Positions 23,543-33,798 are shown, counted from the stretch's first letter. The stretch is 34,574 nucleotides of DNA from a virus (IMGVR_UViG_3300006753_000024:1-34574), one strand, 5' to 3'. Translations and numbers: made by a program. Notes: generated from the letters alone by a model not told the origin.

Positions 23543-23879
23543 GAGTGAAATTTTCACCAAGGAAGAGCTTTCTTCCCTTCAGAGCGGTTGTTCTGTTAGT
23601 CCATATAGAGAACCTTTTTCAATCAAAAAATACCAATTTGATATTCTCCGTAAAACAGATGGAAAACATGTATTTACGCTGGGTGATGATTATCAGGAAC
23701 TTTATATGTACATGACTTGTAGTCGCTGCAAGTCCGATATGTACCTGTGTAGCTGTCATAGATATCATCCAGATTACCATGTCTATCATCCCAGCGCAAA
23801 ACCAAATTTAGACGATTATGATAACATGGTTAATTCTGATGATTGGCGCAGATTTTTAACTTGGGGCAAAGATGCATGA
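23523..23879 (+). CDS. Hypothetical Cys/His protein
   Basis: 118 aa, CSRC..CSC. Confidence 0.65.
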   Translation: MDLKVNKSEIFTKEELSSLQSGCSVSPYREPFSIKKYQFDILRKTDGKHVFTLGDDYQELYMYMTCSRCKSDMYLCSCHRYHPDYHVYHPSAKPNLDDYDNMVNSDDWRRFLTWGKDA

Positions 23880-24190
23880 CGGGAGAGCTTATAACCAAAA
23901 CGGAGGACTATAAACCCTTGCCAGACAGTTTGTCCGTTGAAAAGTCCAGCATACATGGATACGGCTTATTTGCTTTGGAGGACATTCCCAGCGGAACGGA
24001 GCTGGGAATAACCCATCATCATCTTTGGGATGAGGTAGTCAGGACACCTTTGGGTGGATTCATCAATCACTCTAATAATCCGAATTGCAGATTAGAAAGA
24101 ATTATAGCTACATCGGTATTATATACAACCTTGCCTATTAAAAAAAAAGAGGAGTTAACACTGACCTATAAAATGTATAAGGTAGAATAA
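23876..24190 (+). CDS. Minimal SET-domain protein (putative lysine methyltransferase)
   Basis: SSIHGYGLFA, GGFINHSNNPNC, EELTLTY; ATGA overlap at 23876. Confidence 0.9.
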   Translation: MTGELITKTEDYKPLPDSLSVEKSSIHGYGLFALEDIPSGTELGITHHHLWDEVVRTPLGGFINHSNNPNCRLERIIATSVLYTTLPIKKKEELTLTYKMYKVE

Positions 24191-24456
24191 TGTTCATAAC
24201 AAAGAAAAAGCACGAAGACATTCTTGCCCGCCGGACTCTTGATGGCTTAGAGGCGCGTCACGGGGTTATTTTGATATTTGGTGAGCTTATAGAGAATATG
24301 AGAATAATATTTGACAAGCACTCAAAGAATCATATGGGAAACAAGAGGGCTCTCACCAATATTTTTAATTTACTGGATAAATATGGGGAGGCAGTAGATA
24401 GTATGGAAGGAGAAATTAAATTAGAAGATGAACAAGAAAGAAAAGATAAAGGGTAG
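24190..24456 (+). CDS. Hypothetical protein
   Basis: 88 aa, TAATG coupling. Confidence 0.65.
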   Translation: MFITKKKHEDILARRTLDGLEARHGVILIFGELIENMRIIFDKHSKNHMGNKRALTNIFNLLDKYGEAVDSMEGEIKLEDEQERKDKG

Positions 24457-24637
24457 AGGTAGGCAACATCTCTTGACTACAGAAGAAATCTGTGAATATT
24501 TTCGTATTTCAAGACAGACTCTGTATAACTGGAGACAAATAGGCTTACCTGTAAAGGTTCAATTTCAGAGAAAGCTCTTATTTTCAATAGGAGACGTTAC
24601 TAGGTGGATGAATAGTTATGGTAAAGCCACAGGCTAA
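24428..24637 (+). CDS. Excisionase/MerR-like winged-HTH protein
   Basis: LLTTEEICEYFRISRQTLYNWRQIGLP..F..DV.RW; AAGGAG RBS. Confidence 0.85.
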   Translation: MNKKEKIKGRGRQHLLTTEEICEYFRISRQTLYNWRQIGLPVKVQFQRKLLFSIGDVTRWMNSYGKATG

Positions 24638-24785
24638 GTGGATCACAAAAAAGCGTACGCAATCGGGTGTATACATAACCATTGCAGAGGGAAGGACACG
24701 CAAAGAGCTCATTGATAGACTAAAACAGGATTCAGAAACATACAGAGAGAGAGGCTATAGAGATGGGAAGAAAAAGGTTAACTGA
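24618..24785 (+). CDS. Small hypothetical protein (55 aa, not in ORF track)
   Basis: MVKPQAKWITKK...; overlaps both neighbours. Confidence 0.5.
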   Translation: MVKPQAKWITKKRTQSGVYITIAEGRTRKELIDRLKQDSETYRERGYRDGKKKVN

Positions 24786-25416
24786 CACTGATTTATATGA
24801 TAAAGAGTGGTTTCAATTATTAGAGTTAAAATATAAATCATTTTGGGAATATTTATTAAAAAAGTGTGATCATGCTGGTATTTGGGATGTAAATACCCGG
24901 CAGGCAGAATTTCAGATAGGGGCTAAGTTTGATCGTGGGGAGCTATTAGAGACATTTAAGAACCGAATAATTGAGCTTGAAGCAGATAAGTGGATTGTTA
25001 AGAAGTTTATATATTTTCAATACGGTAAAGAGTTAAACCCTTCCAACAGGGTACATGGTTCCGTGTTAAAAATTCTAGAAAAGCACGGATTGGAGCTTAT
25101 TGATGGAATACCTGTTTTGCATGATACGAAGCAGTCCAAAAAGGTTTCAAAAGCAACAGGGAATGTATCTAATCGGGAGGGTTTTTCAGTACCTACTATA
25201 GAAGAAATTGCTGTATATTTCAAAGAGAAAAAGCTTAAAAATCATAAAAGAGAGGCAGAAAGGTTCTGGAACTTTTATGAATCAAAGGGCTGGTATGTTG
25301 GTAAGGGTAAGATGAAGAGTTGGACAGCAGCAGCCACCGGATGGAAGATGAGAGCAGAAAAGGGTTCAGACAGGACATACATTGAAGAAGGTCACGATGA
25401 GGACATAGATTGGTAG
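24763..25416 (+). CDS. Phage replication initiator-like protein
   Basis: N-terminal KRLTDT..WF..L..K.FWEYL..CDHAGIW..FI.FQYG; C-terminal PTIEEI..AERFWNFYESKGW.VGK.KMKSW.AA..W. Confidence 0.75.
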   Translation: MGRKRLTDTDLYDKEWFQLLELKYKSFWEYLLKKCDHAGIWDVNTRQAEFQIGAKFDRGELLETFKNRIIELEADKWIVKKFIYFQYGKELNPSNRVHGSVLKILEKHGLELIDGIPVLHDTKQSKKVSKATGNVSNREGFSVPTIEEIAVYFKEKKLKNHKREAERFWNFYESKGWYVGKGKMKSWTAAATGWKMRAEKGSDRTYIEEGHDEDIDW

Positions 25417-25601
25417 AAAAGAAGTTTAATATTGGTGATGATGTTGTACTAAAAAAGACGGGAATGCGTTACAAGATTGTTGCAAAGGGCATTGACGGTC
25501 AGTATTTCTTAAAAGATACATGGGCAAAGAAACAAAGCAGGTTTACAGCGGTAAAATCCGGCGAAATAAGGGAGAGAAAGAGTGAAAGTACTACGAATTG
25601 A
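25410..25601 (+). CDS. Small SH3/KOW-like hypothetical protein
   Basis: KFNIGDDVVLK; TTG start after GAGG. Confidence 0.55.
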   Translation: MVEKKFNIGDDVVLKKTGMRYKIVAKGIDGQYFLKDTWAKKQSRFTAVKSGEIRERKSESTTN

Positions 25602-25863
25602 AGACCCTCCAGATGACTTATATGACAAGATTGCAAAGATGGCTGAAAGGTTTGGTGCAAAGGCAGTGGTCGTTACCGATAAGGTTATTGTTCGTAATGA
25701 CGAAAATGTTTATGCTTATAGGAGCACTAATCATGACAGCCTTTGGAATGCTCTTGCTTATGCTTTTAGAACCGATCAAATACGAAATTGGTTTGTGGTG
25801 GAAAAAGACAAAGAAGAACCGACAAAGTTAAGGGCTATCGAGGATGAAATCTTAATATATTGA
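25582..25863 (+). CDS. Hypothetical protein
   Basis: 93 aa, GTG start with GGAG RBS. Confidence 0.6.
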   Translation: MKVLRIEDPPDDLYDKIAKMAERFGAKAVVVTDKVIVRNDENVYAYRSTNHDSLWNALAYAFRTDQIRNWFVVEKDKEEPTKLRAIEDEILIY

Positions 25864-25901
25864 TGGGAGTATATCCAGAGACACAAGAACGGGGCACCGA
25901 C

Positions 25902-26096
25902 ATGACAGTAAAGTTTTGTAAAAGCTGCTCAAGATGTTGGGAAAAGACAGAATATCAATCTTATACTGGTGATCATCATATAATATATTACCAAAAAGGT
26001 ACTTTACCGACCATTGGTAAGATGAGGGAAATTTGCAGGAAATGTTCAGGGAAGCAAAAACAAAATAAAAGCGCAAGTGAAATTAAAGCAGACTAA
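25902..26096 (+). CDS. Small zinc-finger protein
   Basis: CKSC...CRKC. Confidence 0.6.
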   Translation: MTVKFCKSCSRCWEKTEYQSYTGDHHIIYYQKGTLPTIGKMREICRKCSGKQKQNKSASEIKAD

Positions 26097-26331
26097 AGCG
26101 CGAGTGAAAGCAAAGCAAGTGGGACTGGCGGGCGGAGGTAACCGCCCTGCTTCCTCGCTTGAAGCTGTTACTGAGGGCGTTGTTGACTGTAGTGTCTGTC
26201 GTGGTGACTTTGATCTTGATAGTGAGGGTGGAATATCTGGATACTTGGGTATCTTGCCTGTTTATTTCTGTCCTACCTGTCTTTCTGGTATAACAGACTT
26301 GGTAAACCAGCTAAATGGCTTTGAGCAGTAG
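26077..26331 (+). CDS. Small zinc-finger protein, start uncertain
   Basis: CSVC..G.LPVYFCPTC. Confidence 0.55.
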   Translation: MKLKQTKARVKAKQVGLAGGGNRPASSLEAVTEGVVDCSVCRGDFDLDSEGGISGYLGILPVYFCPTCLSGITDLVNQLNGFEQ

Positions 26332-26797
26332 TTTAGATATTTTAACTACGAGAGGTCAGCTATCGCTTGAGCATGAAAATAAAATGTTATTTACTATTAA
26401 AGAAAAATATAACGTTGATATTATAACAACTAATAAAACCAAACCATGCCTATGTGATGGATTTACGACACGGGATAATATAATCACGGGTTTATTTGAG
26501 AGTAAGTGCAGAAATGCATCATTAGAAGATTTTAAGAAATGGGGTTCATGGCTTATAACTTATAAAAAAATTGACGGATTAGCGTGGCTTTCCAATAAAT
26601 TATGTGTGCCAGCAATTGGTCTTTTGTACTCGATACCTGATGATACTATATTGATGTGGGAAATAACCAATAGTGAGGGAGATTATTTGTTTAAATTTAA
26701 TGTAGAAAAAACAGTAACTCAGGAAACCGTAAATGGTGGCACAATAGAGAGGGAGAACGCTTTTCTTCCGATGAAGAATGCAAAGATAATAAGTTAA
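26315..26797 (+). CDS. PD-(D/E)XK-like nuclease
   Basis: E..CDG..FESKCR spacing. Confidence 0.6.
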   Translation: MALSSSLDILTTRGQLSLEHENKMLFTIKEKYNVDIITTNKTKPCLCDGFTTRDNIITGLFESKCRNASLEDFKKWGSWLITYKKIDGLAWLSNKLCVPAIGLLYSIPDDTILMWEITNSEGDYLFKFNVEKTVTQETVNGGTIERENAFLPMKNAKIIS

Positions 26798-26820
26798 CGA
26801 GTAAAAAAAGGAGAGAGAGA

Positions 26821-27222
26821 ATGAAGGCAACACTAAGAAGCACAGAAAGTAAAATGGTAAACATACCCTCTAAAGTATGGAAAGAAGCAGGGTGGAAATT
26901 AAATGATGAGGTTTATGTTGGTGTGTGTGAAAACCTTGGAACAATGGAAAAGTGGAACAGCATTAGCATTGACAGGATAAAGGATGAACACTTTTTCAAT
27001 GAGGTTGAGGGTGAGGGAGAGGAAAACACAGACCGAATTGCTCTTTATGTAACATATAATCTTGATTCTGGTGAAGGGCTGGAAGTAGAATTTGAATCTG
27101 AATTTGAAGATGAAACTTCATTGTTTAGATTGGATGTGTTAAAAGATGCTATCGGTATGCTTGAAAATGAATATGAAAAAGTGCACGAGGAATGGACAAA
27201 TGAGAGCATCGCAATTCATTGA
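26821..27222 (+). CDS. Hypothetical protein with AbrB-like N-terminus
   Basis: MVNIPSKVWKEAGWKLNDEV; AAGGAG RBS. Confidence 0.6.
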   Translation: MKATLRSTESKMVNIPSKVWKEAGWKLNDEVYVGVCENLGTMEKWNSISIDRIKDEHFFNEVEGEGEENTDRIALYVTYNLDSGEGLEVEFESEFEDETSLFRLDVLKDAIGMLENEYEKVHEEWTNESIAIH

Positions 27223-27373
27223 TTTTATCAACAGGAAGAAAATGCCCCAAAAGGAGGAACAGTTAACGAAATACACCCACATTTATCTCGAAGACGATAA
27301 GGACGAGGATGGTAAGATAATTAAAGTTAACAAGTTAAAAAGAGCAAGAAGAAAATATAGATTGATTAAATGA
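27200..27373 (+). CDS. Small hypothetical protein
   Basis: MRASQF..., overlaps neighbours. Confidence 0.5.
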   Translation: MRASQFIDFINRKKMPQKEEQLTKYTHIYLEDDKDEDGKIIKVNKLKRARRKYRLIK

Positions 27374-27549
27374 AGACCGATTCTTTAAATACAATACAGC
27401 AAGTTCCACAGAGGGTAAAGTTGGAAACTCCTCTTGGTTCTATAGAGTCGGACAGTGGCAATCCAATTCTGGATGGTGTCATAGTAGTATCTGCGGTGCT
27501 GATATTGTATATATGTAAGAAGGTAGTAGATAAGTTGTTCAAGAGATAA
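27370..27549 (+). CDS. Small membrane protein (59 aa, not in ORF track)
   Basis: ETPLGSIESDSGNP followed by hydrophobic GVIVVSAVLILYIC and a basic tail; ATGA overlap. Confidence 0.6.
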   Translation: MKTDSLNTIQQVPQRVKLETPLGSIESDSGNPILDGVIVVSAVLILYICKKVVDKLFKR

Positions 27550-27570
27550 ACAAAAAAAAGGAGGGAGCAA

Positions 27571-27867
27571 ATGATAGAGATAGGTGAACAAGAAGCGTCA
27601 ATGCTGGTTAGTCGTATCAATGAGAAGAGGGATACATTCCTTGATTCCCCCTCATTTCTTGCTTTTGTTGACTCAATAGAAAAGGAACTGACAGAGCTCA
27701 CAGAAGACGAGTTAGAATGGATTCACATGTCGCTTAAAGTTTTTGGAGAGGGGCAAATGCCTGCGTTTGATGGTGATGTAATGCGTGCAAAAAAAGAATT
27801 TCTTCAAATGATACGTAAAATAAAGAGACAAATTAAAAGAATAAGAAATCCACAACAAAGTGCCTAA
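27571..27867 (+). CDS. Hypothetical helical protein
   Basis: 98 aa, AGGAGG RBS, directly upstream of terL. Confidence 0.7.
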   Translation: MIEIGEQEASMLVSRINEKRDTFLDSPSFLAFVDSIEKELTELTEDELEWIHMSLKVFGEGQMPAFDGDVMRAKKEFLQMIRKIKRQIKRIRNPQQSA

Positions 27868-29410
27868 ATTTAGTCCACATACCGGGAAACAGGCGGAGTT
27901 TCTAAGAGCCACTTCCGACTGGGTTTTTTACGGAGGAGCCCGGGGTGGGGGCAAGTCTCTCATGCTTGCATGGAAAGCTGCTCTCACCCCACGGAAATGG
28001 AGGTATAAGTACGGCTCTGGTGAGATATCACACAGAGAATACCAGACAATGATAAAGCTGGGTAAACAGCCTAAAATCATAATAGATAAAATCAGCATAG
28101 ATTACCCGGATTATATTGCTTTACTTGTCAGGAGAACATTCCCCCAGCTTGAAAGAAACCTGAAGCCAGAATGTGACAAGTTATATAGATTATATAACGC
28201 CACTTGGCAGGAGAGAAACAAATGTTATCAATTCCCATCTGGAGCCAAGGTTTACCTTGTTCACTGTCAAGACCGCAGGGCTCTGGATAACTACATTGGT
28301 GGGAATTATAATTTTATAGGGATAGACGAAGCCAATCAATTCCCTGAGTCGTGGGTTGAAGAGCTTTCCACATCCGCCCGTACAGACAACAAAGAGTTAA
28401 AACCCCAGATATGTCTAACCAGCAACCCCGGTAATATTGGTCATGTCTGGCTTAAAAGAAAGTTTGTTGAAAGATGTGAACCTGTTCCTGATGAGAAAAT
28501 ATATAGTGATACCTTTGATGTTGAGTATATGAAGACAAAATCTGGCAGACCGTATAAAGACAGCGAAGGAATAACGTGGCAGTTTATACCAGCCACTGTC
28601 TTCGATAATCCGACAATATTGAATAATGACCCTATATATGTGAGAAGGCTTAAAAAATTAAATCCAATACTGCGCTCCATGTGGCTTGAGGGAAGATGGG
28701 ATGTTTTTGCTGGAACCTTTTTTGATAACTGGAGTATGACACATCATGTAATACCGCAGGAGAAGTTCCAATATGACAAGCACTTTAAGAGAGGGACTCA
28801 CTCATTTTACAGGTTTTATGATTATGGTACAAAGGCTCCTTTTGTGTGTTTATTTGCTGCGGTAAATGAAGAAGGCATTATGGTCATATTTGATGAAGTG
28901 GTAGAAACAGGATTGTCTGCATCACAGCAGGCACGGCTTGTTACCAAGCACGCTTGGAAGAAATACAAATTAAGGGCTACTGATTTTGATGAAGAGATTG
29001 CAGACCCCTCTTATTGGACGAAGCATGCAGCTGGTGAAGTTTTCTATTCCCCGGCTATGTATTATGAGGACGAAGGCATCTCTCTTTCTAAGGGAAATAA
29101 CGATAGAAAAGCGGGCGCAAAAGTAGTGTATGAAGGGTTCAATATACCCAATGAGGGTGTCCCGCGCATAAGTTTTACAGAAAACTGTTTGTATTCCATT
29201 GAAACAATACCGAATTTACCATCTGCTGAAAACAACCCAGAAGACATAGATACTAAAAGTGAAGATCACGCTTACGATGCACTAAGGTACGGTTGTATGA
29301 AATTGTTGTTCGGCTTATTACCATCCTATCCGAAGGAAAAAAAGGGATGGAGAGAAGAGATGCTTAAAGAGAGAGGAGGCGCAAAAGGTGAAAACTGGAA
29401 AACTCTATGA
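27860..29410 (+). CDS. terL: Terminase large subunit
   Basis: Walker A YGGARGGGKS, Walker B FIGIDEA, TSNPG, nuclease YDYG, IADPS, DHAYDALRY. Confidence 0.96.
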   Translation: MPKFSPHTGKQAEFLRATSDWVFYGGARGGGKSLMLAWKAALTPRKWRYKYGSGEISHREYQTMIKLGKQPKIIIDKISIDYPDYIALLVRRTFPQLERNLKPECDKLYRLYNATWQERNKCYQFPSGAKVYLVHCQDRRALDNYIGGNYNFIGIDEANQFPESWVEELSTSARTDNKELKPQICLTSNPGNIGHVWLKRKFVERCEPVPDEKIYSDTFDVEYMKTKSGRPYKDSEGITWQFIPATVFDNPTILNNDPIYVRRLKKLNPILRSMWLEGRWDVFAGTFFDNWSMTHHVIPQEKFQYDKHFKRGTHSFYRFYDYGTKAPFVCLFAAVNEEGIMVIFDEVVETGLSASQQARLVTKHAWKKYKLRATDFDEEIADPSYWTKHAAGEVFYSPAMYYEDEGISLSKGNNDRKAGAKVVYEGFNIPNEGVPRISFTENCLYSIETIPNLPSAENNPEDIDTKSEDHAYDALRYGCMKLLFGLLPSYPKEKKGWREEMLKERGGAKGENWKTL

Positions 29411-31305
29411 GTTACGAATCCAAGGGTGCAAACACAGACCCGCGGTCAGACAAAGTAATAAAATGTTATAACTTTTCCAAGGAAGCGTTCGAAAACGCTA
29501 GACAGGGCAGTGAAAAGTCTGTCCGTTATATAAACAACGAATCTTGGTCATCCTCAGAAACCGCTGCTGCCACAAAGCACGGAAAGCCCGCCCTTAAATA
29601 TAATATTATAATACCTATCCTTTCTACCTTACAGGGTAACGAGCAGCTGAATCGTAGAAGGGCATCTTTCAAACCAACCACAATCCCTTCTGTTGATATA
29701 GCGAATATCGTACAGGGAAGATGGAATGCTATTAACGATGAAGAAAATCTTGAAGAAAAGATACAAATAGCATTCATAGACGCGCTCTCAACAAGGGTTG
29801 GCGGCTGGATAGAGAGAACATTTGAGATAAACAGCGAAGGTTATCTTGATTTCTGTTATAGGGTTGTAAACAATATGCGTGTTTTTGTTGATCCTGAGAC
29901 CCGTGCCAGCGACTTCAGGTTAAAGAATTGTCGTTGGATTATTAAAGAAGGCTGGGAAACTCTTGATGTTATTAAGAGTGAGTACGGTTTGAAGCCAGAG
30001 GATTACAAGAACGAACAAAGGGTTAACTGGTGGAATCAACTTATAAAAACATTCCAAAGATTTAAAGATGAGATATATTCATCTGATACAGAAAATTACG
30101 ATAAAGAAAATGACCGATATAAAGTTCTTGAAATGCAGGAGCGTGTCACTCAGAAGGTCTACAGGGTTTTTGATGGAGAGGCTTATTATAACTTAGAACC
30201 GAAGGAATTTGCTGAGGCGGCTAAGGAAACTCCCCAAATACAGAAGATAGCTGAACTTGATGAAGACAGAATACATGTAACAGTTATCATCCCATTTTTT
30301 GAAGACGCTGTCCTGATAGATGCTGACATGCCCAGCAAGATAGCTACATTTACTTTATTCCCGGTATTTTCATATAATTACAATATACAAGTTTCTGAAC
30401 AGACCTCTCTTGTTGACTTGCTTATTGATGTACAGGACGATATCAATAAAGGAAAATCGCAGGTGCGCGACTATGTAACCCAGATACTATCTGGCGGTGT
30501 ATATATAGATAAGCGCGAGAAAGAGGCTATAAAACAGTTAAAGCAAAAGGGTAACCAGCCCGGTCAGGTATATGAGCTGCTTAACCCTGCCAACCCCCCT
30601 CAGAAAATGCCAATGGGCAATGTTCCCCCGGATATCATGTTAAATGCTGAAAATTCTTATAATTATGCACAGCGGGTATCTTTAATAACGGAAGCCATGA
30701 GGGGAGAATCAGCACGATCTGGAGAATCTGGTGTTTTATTCCAGCGTAAAGTTCAGAGGGCTGCGGCTGCGATCAACCCCTATTTTCACAATATATCTAA
30801 GCTTAGAAAGGCTTTAGCGGAAGATTTTATAGATAATTTTGCATACGTTTATGCTGAGGACGACAGGGTTATAAATATAAAGAAGACCAAAAACATATAT
30901 CAGGAAGTAATAGTAAATCTAAATATGGCTGGCAAAGTAATTAACGAAGTCAGCAACCCCTCAGTTTTCGTAGAGTTAGATGAAGGTGAAGATAATATTA
31001 CGCAGAAAGAGGATGATTTTAACTCTATGCTTGCTCTTATAAATATAATAGCTGGTATAAACCCGCAACTTGTTGATATAGAGTCACTTGTGGCGAATGC
31101 TCCAATACAGGGTGCAGATAAAATGGTTGAATATATACAGCAGGTCAAGGAATCTCAAGCTGGAGCCGCTGAACAGCAAAGACAAATAGATACGACCAAG
31201 GGTGTTCTTGATAATTTAAAGACCGAAAGAGACATGGTAACCGACCAAGAAAAGTTGAAACTGGAGAGTGAAAAGGTAAAGGCAGCAGGAGCTGCGAAGG
31301 CATAA
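29407..31305 (+). CDS. Portal protein (P22-like)
   Basis: 632 aa after terL; W..KPALKYN.I.P, VFVDP, DVQDDINK, ESG..QRK, C-terminal coiled coil. Confidence 0.85.
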   Translation: MSYESKGANTDPRSDKVIKCYNFSKEAFENARQGSEKSVRYINNESWSSSETAAATKHGKPALKYNIIIPILSTLQGNEQLNRRRASFKPTTIPSVDIANIVQGRWNAINDEENLEEKIQIAFIDALSTRVGGWIERTFEINSEGYLDFCYRVVNNMRVFVDPETRASDFRLKNCRWIIKEGWETLDVIKSEYGLKPEDYKNEQRVNWWNQLIKTFQRFKDEIYSSDTENYDKENDRYKVLEMQERVTQKVYRVFDGEAYYNLEPKEFAEAAKETPQIQKIAELDEDRIHVTVIIPFFEDAVLIDADMPSKIATFTLFPVFSYNYNIQVSEQTSLVDLLIDVQDDINKGKSQVRDYVTQILSGGVYIDKREKEAIKQLKQKGNQPGQVYELLNPANPPQKMPMGNVPPDIMLNAENSYNYAQRVSLITEAMRGESARSGESGVLFQRKVQRAAAAINPYFHNISKLRKALAEDFIDNFAYVYAEDDRVINIKKTKNIYQEVIVNLNMAGKVINEVSNPSVFVELDEGEDNITQKEDDFNSMLALINIIAGINPQLVDIESLVANAPIQGADKMVEYIQQVKESQAGAAEQQRQIDTTKGVLDNLKTERDMVTDQEKLKLESEKVKAAGAAKA

Positions 31306-31434
31306 TGTTTATAATACCAAAAACCAAGGTTAAGCAAAAAACGGCTTCGAAGCCGGAGTTACCAAAAGCACAGTCTTTACAGTCAAGGGATATTTATAGA
31401 ATTATTCTAGAAAGCAAAAATAGAGGAGCAAAAA

Positions 31435-31548
31435 ATGCCAGCAGGTAAAGGAACGTACGGAAGCAAAGTAGGAAGACCACCTGAAAAGAAGAAGAACCAA
31501 AAATTTAAAATTCCACCGGGAATGAGACCGGACGTTTCAGTTAAATAA
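31435..31548 (+). CDS. Small basic protein (37 aa, not in ORF track)
   Basis: MPAGKGTYGSKVGRPPEKKK; GAGGAG RBS; GRP is AT-hook-like. Confidence 0.65.
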   Translation: MPAGKGTYGSKVGRPPEKKKNQKFKIPPGMRPDVSVK

Positions 31549-31564
31549 AATAAGGGGAATAAAA

Positions 31565-32506
31565 ATGGACGAAAACACAGAACAAGAAATTTTAGACGAA
31601 GATTCTTCGTCTGATACAATAACAGCTGAGGATGATGCCTCGGTTGTAGAAGAAGATGGTGAATTATACCTACGGGTAGACGCAGAAGAAGAAGGCTCAG
31701 AAGAACCTGAAGAGGAACCAGAGGAATCTGGAGAATCCCAAGAAGGAAAATCAGCCGAACCTGAAGAGTCTGTTGACGCGACAACGGTAAAAGAACCAGA
31801 AGCGTACCGGGAAAAATCCCGGGACGAGCTCATCGGAATGCACCAAGATGCTACCAAGAAAATTGGCAAGCAGGGTACAGAAATTGGAGAGCTAAGGGAG
31901 TCCGCGAAAGTTGAGAACCTCACGGATGAAGAAGTTTATGAAAAATTATCTTCATCTGACGTTGCTCATGGCTTAGAGGTCGAAAAAGTCAAGCTAATGG
32001 AATTGGAAACATATGAGGAAGGATACGATAAGCAGCGGAATTTAGTTGCATCTCTGGAGAAGGATTTTATTGCGAAAAAAACGGAAGAGGAAATCCAGAA
32101 GAGGTTTGCAGCGGCAGACAACCAGCAGTTCATTGAAAAGCAAAAAGAGCGATTCAAAGAACAGAAGGTTGAGCTAACTGACGATGAGTTTACCAAAGTC
32201 ACTGAAAATGCAAAAGTTTATGTTGAAGACGGCAGGCTGACAGAAAGGGCTTATCATAAGTCCTTAATTGACCAGTTTGGCGTTAATATGGTTGTAAAAA
32301 ACTTTAGCATGGAAGGTGAGAAAAAGGCTCGTAATGATATCAGTAAAGCAGACAAAAAGAAAAGCACAACCCTTAACGTCCAAGGTTCCGGCAAAGGTTC
32401 GCGTTTAATTCGAATCGGTGATATGGGACGGCGGGAACTCAGGAGTAGGCTTGACAATTTGTCTACTGATGAACTTAACGAGCTTTATAAACGTGTTAAC
32501 AAATAA
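31565..32506 (+). CDS. Capsid scaffolding protein
   Basis: Acidic N-terminus, KIGKQGTEIGELR, coiled coils; lies between portal and capsid. Confidence 0.75.
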   Translation: MDENTEQEILDEDSSSDTITAEDDASVVEEDGELYLRVDAEEEGSEEPEEEPEESGESQEGKSAEPEESVDATTVKEPEAYREKSRDELIGMHQDATKKIGKQGTEIGELRESAKVENLTDEEVYEKLSSSDVAHGLEVEKVKLMELETYEEGYDKQRNLVASLEKDFIAKKTEEEIQKRFAAADNQQFIEKQKERFKEQKVELTDDEFTKVTENAKVYVEDGRLTERAYHKSLIDQFGVNMVVKNFSMEGEKKARNDISKADKKKSTTLNVQGSGKGSRLIRIGDMGRRELRSRLDNLSTDELNELYKRVNK

Positions 32507-32523
32507 ATAAGGAGATGTTATAA

Positions 32524-33786
32524 ATGGAAACTTCTCAAAGCTGGATTGCGAATGTAGAAATTCTGAACGCACAGCTTCGTAAGGAGACATGGTACAATAC
32601 CTTTTGGTCAAAGTTCTCGGGTTCTGTAAAAGTATCCCAAGACGACAACGGCAATCCTGTATATGCCCCTTCCGGAAAGCCCATTGAAATCCTGAATGCT
32701 TTCATTCAAGAAGGAAGAGACAATATGTTAATTCCTTTCTTAAGTGAACTTTCTGGTTCTCCGGTTTTTGGTGATACAGTTCTTAAAGGTACTGGTGAAG
32801 ACCAGACGATGAAATGGCTTCGCAGCTATGTAAATCAATACCGTAAGGCTGTAATGAAAAAATCCGGTTCAATGAGTGAACAGCGTCAGAAAATATTCAA
32901 GCTCTATGAAGCTGCCAAACCTCAACTCTCAAAATGGTTTTCCAAGTACGAAAATCAGGCTGTTTTTGAAACATTCTATCAGGGTGTTTCCCCGAATTTA
33001 AGTACCGGGACAACGTCTGATGGACTCGGGCTTGCAATGCGATTGCATCCTAATTGGTTCTATATAGACCACGATACTAACGGTACGCTTACAACTTTTG
33101 GATCAGTTAATACCACTAAAACGGTATCAATACTTGATACAGTTGTTGCTGCTGATGGTCAAAAGGCGATACATGGCAAAGCGTTGCAGACATTGCGTGT
33201 TAAATGCATGACTCAGCGGATTCCGCAGATTGTTACAAAATCTGGGTTGCCTTTCTGGGCATTGCTTGTTCATCCGGAACAAATGAAAACCTTACAGCAG
33301 GAATCTGTATTCCTCGCTGCCCAACAGGCAGCATTCACAGGCAAGGCATTAGACCTTCCTGAGTTGGCAGGTGCACAGGGATTCTATGCTGGTTTCGCCA
33401 TATTTGAAGATATAGTTGGCGTAAGAAAATGGGATAATACGGCGGCAGTTGGTCAGGAGCTCTTCGGCGCAACTACAGCAACAAGAATGGCACCAGATGC
33501 TTCTTCTCCGAGTAACGCGAATTACAATGCTATTGTATTTGGAAATGGTTCTATTGGCAAGGGTGTTGCCAAGGACTTGCACTTCACAAATGAAGTGGAT
33601 GACCATGAAAACACTATTGAAGTCGGTGGAGCCGCTATAAACGGATACAACAGAGCTGAATTTTTTGCTGAAAGCGATGCAACAGAAGGTGCTGGCGATG
33701 CGTTTTTAAATGCGCAATCTGCCGCACATTACTGTGCAGCTCTTTCGAGTACAAATCAAAGCTCATTAGTATTGATGACGAGCTAA
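32524..33786 (+). CDS. Major capsid protein (N4 gp56 / DUF4043-like)
   Basis: 420 aa; GD..LKG.GE, VNQYRKAV, LLVHPEQMKTL, G.YAGFAIFE, AIVFG; strong TAAGGAG RBS. Confidence 0.85.
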   Translation: METSQSWIANVEILNAQLRKETWYNTFWSKFSGSVKVSQDDNGNPVYAPSGKPIEILNAFIQEGRDNMLIPFLSELSGSPVFGDTVLKGTGEDQTMKWLRSYVNQYRKAVMKKSGSMSEQRQKIFKLYEAAKPQLSKWFSKYENQAVFETFYQGVSPNLSTGTTSDGLGLAMRLHPNWFYIDHDTNGTLTTFGSVNTTKTVSILDTVVAADGQKAIHGKALQTLRVKCMTQRIPQIVTKSGLPFWALLVHPEQMKTLQQESVFLAAQQAAFTGKALDLPELAGAQGFYAGFAIFEDIVGVRKWDNTAAVGQELFGATTATRMAPDASSPSNANYNAIVFGNGSIGKGVAKDLHFTNEVDDHENTIEVGGAAINGYNRAEFFAESDATEGAGDAFLNAQSAAHYCAALSSTNQSSLVLMTS

Positions 33787-33798
33787 GGAGGATGAATA

